Shown here one piece after another: positions 1 to 8,311 of a stretch of 32,000 nt of DNA. Numbering within the stretch: position 1 is the stretch's first letter; each line of letters opens with the position of its first letter. The position numbers and the translations under genes were made by a program. The notes under the pieces are model-generated. The model worked only from the letters and a program-made list of their open reading frames with translations, ran no database searches and was not told where the DNA came from. Source of the stretch: Cylindrospermopsis raciborskii Cr2010 (GTDB taxonomy: Bacteria; Cyanobacteriota; Cyanobacteriia; Cyanobacteriales; Nostocaceae); the NCBI RefSeq assembly GCF_003367075.2, contig NZ_CP065936.1, positions 1,980,001-2,012,000 of the forward strand. The letters are read 5' to 3'.

Positions 1-228
1 TAATTCTGAAAGTATGCCTTTAGCTAAAAAATCAGCATCTTCTACTGTACAAGCAAGGTATATATCAGAAGTTTTATCATTAATTTTAGTCAGCAAGAAA
101 TTACCAAGATTATCACCTATCTTGGTCATAGTTTCTTTGTACTGGTCTGGATTGACACCCTTATTGGCTAATGTTTCCAGTAATTTCCGAACGTCTTGGT
201 TGCAAATATCTGTATATAACCTAGTCAT
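1..228 (-). CDS. hypothetical protein, N-terminal part (CDS continues past the left window edge)
   Basis: Absent from the ORF track because it has no stop inside the window. Minus-strand ATG at 228-226, with GGAGG (plus-strand cctcc at 239-243) 10 nt upstream. 76 open codons run to position 1: MTRLYTDICNQDVRKLLETLANKGVNPDQYKETMTKIGDNLGNFLL... I do not recognise the family. I prefer it to the overlapping plus-strand ORF 14..262, which has no RBS. Confidence 0.4.
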   Translation of the reverse strand, partial: MTRLYTDICNQDVRKLLETLANKGVNPDQYKETMTKIGDNLGNFLLTKINDKTSDIYLACTVEDADFLAKGILSEL

Positions 229-338
229 ATCAAGAACACCTCCAAATCTTCAAAGGAAGTAGGGCGATTTTTTTTAATAAGTTCCTGAAATTTTTGAAAC
301 CTTGCTGTTTCGATACTGTAAGGTAATGTTCCTGCATT

Positions 339-1479
339 AGACATCTCCGGAAATAGCCAAAGCGTTACCAATACTACTTTTTAAGGTGAGACACCCCAAT
401 ACAAAAGTAGCTAGCTGGTATGTTAAAATAAGCGTTAGAGATGCCTCTTGTTGGGAATTAACCAAAAGATAACACCTATCTGAGATAATTTATTTTTAGC
501 CAAGTCCAAATCTTGATAACTAAAATAAGTAGGTTCCCATTCGGAAACGAACAAGTCCACAAATAGTCATGATTACCTGTTCATACTTACTTGAATTTAA
601 TCGAAATCTTTCTTGTGCCACTCTGAATATTTTCACTACACGAATTAAATGTTCAACAAAAATTCGTTCGGAAGCTAACTCTTTATTTTTTTCTTTTTGT
701 TCAGACGTTAATTCTTGGTTTTTAGGTTTTTTTGTCGGAGTTTTCATTAACTCCTCTCCTTGATAAGCTTTATCACCACTAAATTTTTGTTTTTTATCAA
801 ATATATTTCTGGTTTCACGGAATAAATTTACATCACTTTTTGGACCAGGTTTACCCGCTACTACATCAACAATATCTTTACCATTTGGTAAAACGATTAG
901 TTGACTTTTTCTAGTATGACAGGCTTTTTTACCTGAATAATATTTTTTTTGTTCTTGGTACTCTCCAGGTCTGTCTATAGGCTGTTCATAGCTATCCACT
1001 ATTAACTCAAATTCTGTTAATATTTCTTTAACGACTTCGTAATCACTGGAGTTTTTTTTTACCTGTTCTAGCAAACTTGGTGGCAATAATTCTCCTATTA
1101 TTGGCAACCAATAGTTAAAGATATCATTTGCAGTTGTTTCACTTACTCCAAATTGAATACCTAGTAGCTGAAATGTTGTTAACTGCCGTAAATATGTTAA
1201 TGTTAAGATTATTTGCTCCGACGGTGATAATTTGGGTTTGCGCCCTCCACCGCCTTGAATAATTCGGGTTTTTTTTGATTCAACCAATTGTTGTTTCTGA
1301 TGATGCAGTTTTATGGCTTTTTCCAAAAGTTGCTGTAACTGCTCATACTTCAGACCCAATAAACGGTGTGATTCGTGAGGATTATTCTGGATATATTCAG
1401 ATATGTTGCTCATAATAAGTTGCCAAAAATACCATTTCATATTATTTTATCACACTTTGATTCTTTTTCGGAGATGTCT
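339..1479 (-). mobile_element. IS element (IS5 / Harbinger-like, DDE_Tnp_4-type transposase), about 1.14 kb
   Basis: Perfect 12-bp terminal inverted repeat: TAGACATCTCCG (338-349) and CGGAGATGTCTA (1469-1480). Imperfect matching continues inward (..CAAAGcGT / ..CAAAGtGT). It encloses a single transposase ORF. A possible 3-bp duplication ATT (336-338 and 1480-1482) appears if the ends are drawn at 339 and 1479. Confidence 0.6.
520..1413 (-). CDS. IS5-family (DDE_Tnp_4 / Harbinger-like) transposase
   Basis: N-terminal HTH region LTYLRQLTTFQLLGIQFGVSETTANDIF. DDE-type blocks IVDSYEQPIDRP, FSGDKAYQG and ERIFVEHLIRVVKIFRV. The ORF track extends to 1440 (MKWYFWQLI-), but the MSNISEYIQ start at 1413 looks more typical for this family. 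Confidence 0.85.
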   Translation of the reverse strand: MSNISEYIQNNPHESHRLLGLKYEQLQQLLEKAIKLHHQKQQLVESKKTRIIQGGGGRKPKLSPSEQIILTLTYLRQLTTFQLLGIQFGVSETTANDIFNYWLPIIGELLPPSLLEQVKKNSSDYEVVKEILTEFELIVDSYEQPIDRPGEYQEQKKYYSGKKACHTRKSQLIVLPNGKDIVDVVAGKPGPKSDVNLFRETRNIFDKKQKFSGDKAYQGEELMKTPTKKPKNQELTSEQKEKNKELASERIFVEHLIRVVKIFRVAQERFRLNSSKYEQVIMTICGLVRFRMGTYLF

Positions 1480-1592
1480 ATTTAGACCGTCGAAATACTC
1501 CCATTGTAAAAACCCTCTGGTTAAATTATATGTGAAACCGTCTATTTTATCAAAGATTTCTTTTATTTCTGGATTTAGCTGTAGTTCTGTAT

Positions 1593-1660
1593 AATTACGA
1601 ATTACGAATTACGAATTACGAATTACAAATTACGAATTACGAATTACGAATTACGAATTA
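1593..1660. repeat. (AATTACG)n heptamer tandem tract, about 9.7 units, one variant unit (AATTACA)
   Basis: Read directly from the sequence. It lies 59 nt downstream of the helicase stop. In minus-strand sense it reads (CGTAATT)n, which carries TAA in all three frames. Confidence 0.97.
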
Positions 1661-1718
1661 TTTTATCCCATAAAATATATGAACAGCACCATGGGGGAGA
1701 TTCCCAAAAATGATCAGT

Positions 1719-4700
1719 TTACAAACTCCCTAAAACCTCCAACCCCTCACCCCAATTCTCATTATACCGTAGAGTTAAAACTTGATAACTAGCATTGTAC
1801 CTGAGATTATCCCGCTCAATTTTATCTTGCTTTTTCTGCTCAGGACTATCATGAACTGAACCATCACAAAAGAGAGCGATCGCATCTTCCTTATACACAA
1901 AATCTGGTTTACAATTGGCTTCAGGAATAAATTCCTGTGCAGCATCAGGTAGTTTATACCCCCGTTGATAAATCTCCTGTAACACTACTCGTTCAAAATC
2001 AGAGTTTGGATCTGTTTGAGAAAGCAACTTTTGATATTTTGCACTGCGGTCTATATCTGATATTTCTACTGTACTTGCTTGCAGTTCATCTAGCAAAGAT
2101 TTAATCAGATGACGATTAATTAACGCATGGTCAAATTGATTCCTATAGGAAAGTAAACACTCATAACAAGCTTGCACACAGGTATCCTTGGGTTCTAAGA
2201 AATGACAGATATCTAAAGCAGCATTGGCGATTTTCTCAAAAGCATTTGCTTGCTGTAGTAGCTGAGATAAAACTCCTGCACCACCTTCTGATGCTTCCCA
2301 AAATAGTAAATATTTTCCTTCACCTAATCTTTCTGAGTCCAGTTCATCTGGTTCTAATTTATAAACTGCTTGAATTGCTGTTTCTAGGGTATATTGGAGT
2401 GTGCCAATAAAACCTTCTTTGTTATCTTGGGGAACATTCAAGGGTTCGATGACAAGAATATTGCAAGTGTCTTCTACCATTAAATTTACTTCCCTATGTA
2501 ACCTTTCTGGAGGTAAATTTGTTTTTGTGTCTCCCCAGATACCTGTTTTCACATCTAATTTAAATCCCCGTTCCTCGGTGTTTCTCTTCAGTCCTCTGTT
2601 AATACGCCAAATAGTTGCTGTAGCTCCATAGGTTAATTTGAATAGTGGTGTATTATCTGCTGCTAAAACTGTAGCTGATTCTTGTTTTTGAAGCGCATAA
2701 CGGAAATGGGTGGTAGTATTATAACCATATTTCAATCTTTCTTCTTCATCGCAGGTAATACGTTCTCTTCTGTGACTAAATACTGTCTCCATTGACAACA
2801 CACGATTTAATTTAGCTAGGTTTTGAGAACTATCAGGTTTAATTTCTACACCGCAATTTTCACAGTTATTCAGTGCTGTATCTAGATGGAAATAACCACA
2901 GTTAAAACAACAGCTTACTCGTTGATATTGACTTTCAATTCCCCCCACAGGTACTTTGGTTTTTGACACCATAAATTTACTACCTTCATAGTAAATAATA
3001 TTACTGGGTGCAAATTCCCGTAAGGCCACAACACGAGGACGAGAGATAAATTCCCCCCCATCATTGGTGGGTACGAATGCTCGTACAGGTAAGCGGGGAA
3101 AGTTAAATCCTGGTAAAAATCCTTCAGCAGCAAAGTAGCGATAGGGATAAAATTCAAATTCGCTATTACTTTTACCTTGGTTGTGTCCTACCAGTAAATC
3201 TATTTGCCGTTCTGCTTCTACTCTTTGAGCTTTAGCGTTTTTTAGTTCTTCCTCTGTAACATGACCAGCAGCATAACGACTGATTATGATGTTAGCCTGA
3301 TCTTTTTGTTTGACTGCACTATCATAAAGTTTACGCCAGCGATCGCATTTTCTATCAAAGGTATTCAATGCATTTTCTAGGGTAAATTCTAGCCCATGTA
3401 CAGAATACCAAGAGGCTTTTTGTAGATCACTTTGACAGAAAGGATCTGCAAGTATTGACTGAGTAGCTTTTAGACATTCAGCTAATTTTGTACGACTAAG
3501 TGTTAATTGTTCACGTACACTATCTTTTAGGGGATAACCAGCAACATCTAAATCAAGAATTTTGTTCATTGAGTCGTCTAAATAAACTCCTGTATGTGCT
3601 AACCAAATTGAATACACATGAGATTCAACTAAATCTTGATTTGCTAATTCTAATTTAGGGGGAGCAACAGCACCAGCTACCATTTGCTGTTGACGTTGGA
3701 AAAAATATTGATCATGTCCACTACCAATTGCAGCATAAGTTATTACTAAAGCCTCCTGACCACTCCTCCCCGCACGTCCGCTACGTTGGGCATAATTTGC
3801 AGGACTGGGGGGAACATTACGTAAGTGAACCACGCTTAAGTCAGAAATATCTATACCTAATTCCATTGTGGGAGAACAGAATAAACTCGCTAATTCTCCT
3901 TTTCTAAATCTTTCTTCCCGTTCTTGACGAGCCTGAGTTTTAACTTGTCCTGTGTGTTCTCGCCCTTCCATTGCTTGAATTTTTTGGGCGCTAGTTTGAT
4001 AAAACTCTTGAAAGAATCTGTTAACAGGTATTTTTACATCTTCTTGACCCTGTAAGCGCTTAGACGAAAGAGGATCAGGGGGAATTTCAGTTAATATTGT
4101 AAATTTCCATACCAAGGAACTAATTTGTAATTGAATACCATTTTTAGTAATTAAAAAACCAGCATCAGCTAATGCAGTAATGAAGGTACTAATTAAAGTA
4201 TTGTACTCTGTTTCTGTTAACAATTCACTGCGTAGTGACCAAGCTTTAGGAGAACGTAAAAACCTTCCAATTTTACTTTTAGTTGTTAATTTTACCGGAG
4301 CTTTGTGTTGAGATTTTGCTTTATAATTACCATCAATAGTGGCAAATTTGGCAAAATGCCATTTCTCATTTTCATCAAATACCCAAGGTTCTTTAATTGT
4401 TTGAAAAACATCTCTAAGTAAAGAATCCTTATTATCAGATTGAAGTAATCTAGCGTCTATTGCTAATTCTCGACGGAGATGATTTAATAAAGCTAAAGCA
4501 GCAGTCAATCTCTCTTGAGGAGTTGCTTGTAATAAAACTGGATGACGGTGTTTATTCCAAATATCTTTATTTGTACAAATTTCCTCTAATCCATCATATT
4601 CAATTACCAAAAGTCCACACTGTTCTAAATTAGGTTGAACAATACGCCATCCTCTGCGTAAGTCTTCATAAAGACGATATTCAATTAAGTCTTGAAAAGC

Positions 4701-6794
4701 CTTTTCATTGCGTGTTTTACCTTTCCCAAATTCTGCCTTTTCTTTAGCATAATCTTTTTGAGATATTCCCATTTGTTTAATAACTTCACCCACTAATTCA
4801 CTATGAGTAAGTTTTCCTTTACTTTGCAATGCACCTAACAAAGCAGCACGTAAAAAACTGGTTTGCACAAAATCATTAAAATGCCCGGCTTGTAATGAGG
4901 CATCCTGGCGATTATCGGTAAAACTGAGAATTTTGGCAGCTTGTGCTTTTTCACCTGTGAAAACTTGTTTGAGACGGCTTACAGTGGATAAACAGAGGAG
5001 GGTGGTAGCGGTACTTCTACCTTCACTACTCAAGCGCGAAAGTTTAGTAAATTCGTTTTTATTTCCATCATGAACCACACCACAATTTAAACACACGCGA
5101 AATGGTCTAGGAACAAACCAACAAGTTGTTCCTTGTAATAGGGAAGTTGTAACTTTTCCGTTGGGGAGAATTTGTAATTTTTGGGGAATGAATTTAGCAT
5201 AATCTTTTCCAGGAACTCGTCCGTTCTTTTTGGTTTCGGTAAACCAGGAGTCAGGAAGTCTTTCTTCGTCTTTATAAGGATCCCAAAGTCCTAGTTCATC
5301 TAAGGTAAGATAACCAGCTTTTGTATCAGCATATTCAGGATTCATATCCAATGATGTGGGGAGTTGGGGAAGGACTACTTGTTTATCCTCATTGTAATGA
5401 ATAACATAATAATCATGTCCGCATTCCCGACAAAAGACGAGGGGATAAAGTAAACGTTCTTCTGTGGTGGTATATTGTCCTTCCAGGGTGAGGAAGCGTT
5501 TTTCGGGAGTTTCAATAGTAGAGTAAACGCTACCACCTTGGGAGATAAATTGATGAAGTCGAAATGCTAAACCTTTAACTTTACTTCCCCATAAAAACAT
5601 CTGTTTAAGGAAGTCTAAACAAGTGTGGTGAGAAAGTTGAGTTTCATCAGCTAATTTTTCTGCAGCATTTTCTAAACTTATAGGTGTTCTCCTGACAAGA
5701 TGACCTTGTTTATCTTCTAAACCAAAGGTCATTTCTATCCAATGACTTAGAGGATGGTTTTGGAAGTTCTCTAATGTTTGTTCTGGTTCTGGTGGTAAAC
5801 CTTGATCTATACTTTCTCCCAGTTCTGTAATGGTAGGTTGAGGACTTTTAATGGAACGTTCTAAAGTTTCGTCAATGACGTTATCAGGTTTAATTTTAAC
5901 ACCAAATAATTTACTTGCCACATCTGCAACTACTTGACGACGTTGTGCGCGTGTTCCTTCTGTGGACATGGTAGCGCTTGTTCCAATACATAATAATTGG
6001 TAATTATTTCCCCATGCTGCAATTTTTCCACAGCGTTGACGTAATTTTCTAATTAATATTGCCACATCTGCACCTTGTCTACCTCTATAGGTATGCAGTT
6101 CATCTAATACGAGAAATTTTAATTCTGGAGAAGCAACGAGTTTTTCTTCTTGGGTGCGGGAAAGCATTAATTCCAGCATCACGTAGTTGGTTAATAATAT
6201 GTGGGGTGGGTTATTTTGAATTTCTATTTTTGTGCTTAAATTTTCTTGTCCAGTATATTTAGCAACCCGAATATGACTATTAGGAACGTTGTTAAGAAAT
6301 TTATTTAATTCTTCTTCCTGGGAGTTAATCAGGGCGTTCATGGGATATACTAAAATTGCCCTAACTCCTTGAATTTCTGGATGACGCAGTAAGTCATCAA
6401 AAATGGGGACAACATAAGTCATGCTTTTGCCTGAACCTGTACCTGTTGTTAATACATAAGGTTCTTGTTTTTTAGCAGTTTCAAAAGCTTGTTTTTGGTG
6501 ATAATGGAAATTAAAAGGATGACCATTTTTAGAGAAGTATTGTGTACAGTCAGGATGGAGAATACCGTTTTTAACTAATTCATTAACTGTTGCACCAGGA
6601 CGATATTTAGGATTTAATTGTACTAAGGGATTTGTCCAGAGTTGTCCTTTTTCTAGTTCTTGATTGACAAATTGTTGTACTCTAGGATCACGAATTTTTA
6701 AGAAACTTTCTATATATCGACGATAATCGCCTATAATTTGATTACGGAAATTGAATATATCGAGATAATTCGTAATTCGTAATTCGTAATTCAT
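1719..6794 (-). CDS. drmA: DEAD/DEAH-box helicase with DUF1998-type Zn-binding region and a C-terminal DUF559/Vsr-like endonuclease-like tail (DISARM DrmA+DrmB-like fusion)
   Basis: Helicase motifs: Walker A LTTGTGSGKSMTYVVP, DExH FLVLDELHTY, motif III GTSATM, helicase-C/motif VI ANYAQRSGRAGRSGQ. Internal CxxC pairs: CRECGHDYY and CLNCGVVH. DUF1998-like block: YPYRYFAAEGFLPGFNFPR, CCFNCGYFH..NNCENCG, CYECLLSYRNQFDH. C-terminal tail: CKPDFVY..ALFCDGSVHD..DKIERDNLR..YQVLTLRY. The symbol is inferred from domain content and locus architecture only. Confidence 0.8.
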   Translation of the reverse strand: MNYELRITNYLDIFNFRNQIIGDYRRYIESFLKIRDPRVQQFVNQELEKGQLWTNPLVQLNPKYRPGATVNELVKNGILHPDCTQYFSKNGHPFNFHYHQKQAFETAKKQEPYVLTTGTGSGKSMTYVVPIFDDLLRHPEIQGVRAILVYPMNALINSQEEELNKFLNNVPNSHIRVAKYTGQENLSTKIEIQNNPPHILLTNYVMLELMLSRTQEEKLVASPELKFLVLDELHTYRGRQGADVAILIRKLRQRCGKIAAWGNNYQLLCIGTSATMSTEGTRAQRRQVVADVASKLFGVKIKPDNVIDETLERSIKSPQPTITELGESIDQGLPPEPEQTLENFQNHPLSHWIEMTFGLEDKQGHLVRRTPISLENAAEKLADETQLSHHTCLDFLKQMFLWGSKVKGLAFRLHQFISQGGSVYSTIETPEKRFLTLEGQYTTTEERLLYPLVFCRECGHDYYVIHYNEDKQVVLPQLPTSLDMNPEYADTKAGYLTLDELGLWDPYKDEERLPDSWFTETKKNGRVPGKDYAKFIPQKLQILPNGKVTTSLLQGTTCWFVPRPFRVCLNCGVVHDGNKNEFTKLSRLSSEGRSTATTLLCLSTVSRLKQVFTGEKAQAAKILSFTDNRQDASLQAGHFNDFVQTSFLRAALLGALQSKGKLTHSELVGEVIKQMGISQKDYAKEKAEFGKGKTRNEKAFQDLIEYRLYEDLRRGWRIVQPNLEQCGLLVIEYDGLEEICTNKDIWNKHRHPVLLQATPQERLTAALALLNHLRRELAIDARLLQSDNKDSLLRDVFQTIKEPWVFDENEKWHFAKFATIDGNYKAKSQHKAPVKLTTKSKIGRFLRSPKAWSLRSELLTETEYNTLISTFITALADAGFLITKNGIQLQISSLVWKFTILTEIPPDPLSSKRLQGQEDVKIPVNRFFQEFYQTSAQKIQAMEGREHTGQVKTQARQEREERFRKGELASLFCSPTMELGIDISDLSVVHLRNVPPSPANYAQRSGRAGRSGQEALVITYAAIGSGHDQYFFQRQQQMVAGAVAPPKLELANQDLVESHVYSIWLAHTGVYLDDSMNKILDLDVAGYPLKDSVREQLTLSRTKLAECLKATQSILADPFCQSDLQKASWYSVHGLEFTLENALNTFDRKCDRWRKLYDSAVKQKDQANIIISRYAAGHVTEEELKNAKAQRVEAERQIDLLVGHNQGKSNSEFEFYPYRYFAAEGFLPGFNFPRLPVRAFVPTNDGGEFISRPRVVALREFAPSNIIYYEGSKFMVSKTKVPVGGIESQYQRVSCCFNCGYFHLDTALNNCENCGVEIKPDSSQNLAKLNRVLSMETVFSHRRERITCDEEERLKYGYNTTTHFRYALQKQESATVLAADNTPLFKLTYGATATIWRINRGLKRNTEERGFKLDVKTGIWGDTKTNLPPERLHREVNLMVEDTCNILVIEPLNVPQDNKEGFIGTLQYTLETAIQAVYKLEPDELDSERLGEGKYLLFWEASEGGAGVLSQLLQQANAFEKIANAALDICHFLEPKDTCVQACYECLLSYRNQFDHALINRHLIKSLLDELQASTVEISDIDRSAKYQKLLSQTDPNSDFERVVLQEIYQRGYKLPDAAQEFIPEANCKPDFVYKEDAIALFCDGSVHDSPEQKKQDKIERDNLRYNASYQVLTLRYNENWGEGLEVLGSL

Positions 6795-7086
6795 AATTCG
6801 TAATTGTGGAAGGTTGGGGTGTGCGTCCTAAACGTTGATCTATATATGCTAATAATTGGTTGGTAAAGGTTTGTGTACAGGTGTCAGAGTTAAAGATTTC
6901 TGTGATGTCTTTATCATCCCATTCTTGGGGAATATGGGTGAAAATTAAATCAAGTTGTTCTGGGGGGAGTTCAGCAATATTTGTACAGTCAACTAATGCT
7001 AATTTTTGTCCCATGAGGGTACTAATTGATAATATTGCTGCTTCTGGTTGTTGGATGAGTTCTTGTAGTTTGACTGGTATTTTCAT
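6742..7086 (-). CDS. hypothetical protein (114 aa); its last ~20 residues are encoded by the heptamer tract
   Basis: ORF track entry. It overlaps the helicase start by 53 nt in a different frame. The C-terminus TITNYELRITNYELSRYIQFP is repeat-derived. I recognise no family. Confidence 0.45.
   Translation of the reverse strand: MKIPVKLQELIQQPEAAILSISTLMGQKLALVDCTNIAELPPEQLDLIFTHIPQEWDDKDITEIFNSDTCTQTFTNQLLAYIDQRLGRTPQPSTITNYELRITNYELSRYIQFP
6767..6805. repeat. heptamer tract, (AATTACG)n in minus-strand sense, about 5.5 units, one variant unit AATTATG
   Basis: Read directly. It spans the 3' end of the 114-aa ORF and the 5' end of the helicase ORF. The variant unit supplies the helicase ATG (6794-6792). 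Confidence 0.97.
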
Positions 7087-7110
7087 AATGTATAATTTTT
7101 AATTAATAAC

Positions 7111-7452
7111 TTAAAATTCTTGAGCAATAATAATTAAAATCGCTGATTTTACAGGACTAATTTTAGTGTGAATGATATCCCAAATAATCTCATCTTCTAA
7201 AGAGAAGTACGCATGAACTAAAATATCTCGTAATCCGGCAATTTTGCGCCATTCAATATCTGGATATTTATTTCTTATTTCTGGGGGAATTTGTTTAACT
7301 GATTCTCCAATAACCTGTAAATTTCTAATTACCGCATCAAATCTTAATTCATCAGCAAAAAAACTCCGTTCATCTAATCCTTGAGTATAACGGAGAATTT
7401 TATCACAACTAATTAAAATATCATCACAATAAAGTTTTAAGCTACGCGACAT
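7111..7452 (-). CDS. hepT: HEPN/DUF86-family toxin (HepT-like)
   Basis: Family-typical start MSRSLKLYCDDIL, then DAVIRNLQVIGESVKQIP and the RX4H motif in AGLRDILVHAYF. The ATG at 7452 overlaps the upstream MNT stop by 11 nt. The ORF track start at 7461 adds MLF. Confidence 0.85.
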   Translation of the reverse strand: MSRSLKLYCDDILISCDKILRYTQGLDERSFFADELRFDAVIRNLQVIGESVKQIPPEIRNKYPDIEWRKIAGLRDILVHAYFSLEDEIIWDIIHTKISPVKSAILIIIAQEF

Positions 7453-7732
7453 AAATAGCATCCTTTTCTACAGCATCAATAATTTGAGGTTTCAACATTT
7501 TTTTCGTGACTAAATCAACGGATAAAGATAAGTTATCTTCTAAGAAAAATTTTAAGTCCATATATTCATCAAAGGTAACTTTACCTTGAAATTCTACTAA
7601 TAAATCAATGTCGCTAGTAGTTTTTGCTTCATCTCTTGCATAAGAACCAAATAAAGCTAAGGAAGTTACACCATAACTTTTTATGGTGGTTAAGTTCTGT
7701 TTGAGAAAGTTAATTAAATATTCTCTGTTCAT
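7442..7732 (-). CDS. mntA: minimal nucleotidyltransferase antitoxin (MntA-like)
   Basis: Nucleotidyltransferase signature LFGSYARDE..SDIDLLVEF. 96 aa, translationally coupled to the downstream HEPN gene. Confidence 0.85.
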   Translation of the reverse strand: MNREYLINFLKQNLTTIKSYGVTSLALFGSYARDEAKTTSDIDLLVEFQGKVTFDEYMDLKFFLEDNLSLSVDLVTKKMLKPQIIDAVEKDAIYVA

Positions 7733-7768
7733 AGTTTTTAATTTTGTTATAAGTTTCTCCTAAATTTA

Positions 7769-7993
7769 TTAATCTTCTGCTATTCCACGGGAATCATAAA
7801 CTGCTTGTAAACAATCTTGAAGATCATCACCTTGCCATTTACCAACATGGCGTAAAATTGATTTACCTGAACCTAGACGTTGAGGAGGTTTTGCTTTTTT
7901 CATTTTCATGTTTTTTACCATCTTTAGCAATTCTGCTATTTCTGCTTCTGTCATGGTTTCAATTTCTGCAACGAGTTCTTCTTTAAATGTCAT
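7769..7993 (-). CDS. small hypothetical protein, antitoxin-like (DUF2281-like N-terminus?)
   Basis: 74 aa. LVAEIETMTEAEIAELLKMVKNMK resembles small cyanobacterial antitoxin-type proteins, and the C-terminal VGKWQGDDLQDCLQAVYDSR is a motif I have seen in such proteins. There is no adjacent PIN-type partner. Confidence 0.45.
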   Translation of the reverse strand: MTFKEELVAEIETMTEAEIAELLKMVKNMKMKKAKPPQRLGSGKSILRHVGKWQGDDLQDCLQAVYDSRGIAED

Positions 7994-8028
7994 TTTTGTT
8001 TCTCCTAGTTTTACTAAACTTAAAAATT

Positions 8029-8259
8029 GTCTGAATCAGGATTTCCAGGATTTGAGGATTTTCAGGATGTTATTGATAATTTATTGGTGAATATCTAAGA
8101 TTATAAAATACAATTATCATTATGGTCAACTCATAAAAGCAGATAATATAAAACTTTACATCTCATTTATTAAATATCATCCCCAAATCTCTATTTTTCA
8201 TAGACAATAAAACACTTACATCCTGTACATCCTCTAATCCTGGATATCCTGATTCAGAC
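8029..8259. mobile_element. MITE-like element, 231 bp, with 41-bp terminal inverted repeats
   Basis: The left end GTCTGAATCAGGATTTCCAGGATTTGAGGATTTTCAGGATG (8029-8069) matches the reverse complement of 8219-8259 at 37 of 41 positions. The core is AT-rich and non-coding. A partial end copy (CTGTACATCCTAATTCCGACAAAA) lies at about 13013-13037. Confidence 0.75.
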
Positions 8260-8264
8260 AAAAT

Positions 8265-8311
8265 AATTACGAATTACGAATTACGAATTACGAATTACGA
8301 ATTACGAATTA
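8265..8311. repeat. (AATTACG)n heptamer tract, about 6.5 units
   Basis: Read directly. In minus-strand sense it is (CGTAATT)n, and the methylase stop codon TAA (8304-8302) and its last codons (..GAT AAT TCG TAA) lie inside the tract. Confidence 0.97.

Noticed and set aside
14-262. Plus-strand 82-aa ORF from the track
   Set aside because: It has no RBS and an unconvincing translation. The opposite strand carries a better-supported partial CDS (ATG at 228 with GGAGG upstream) that runs off the window.
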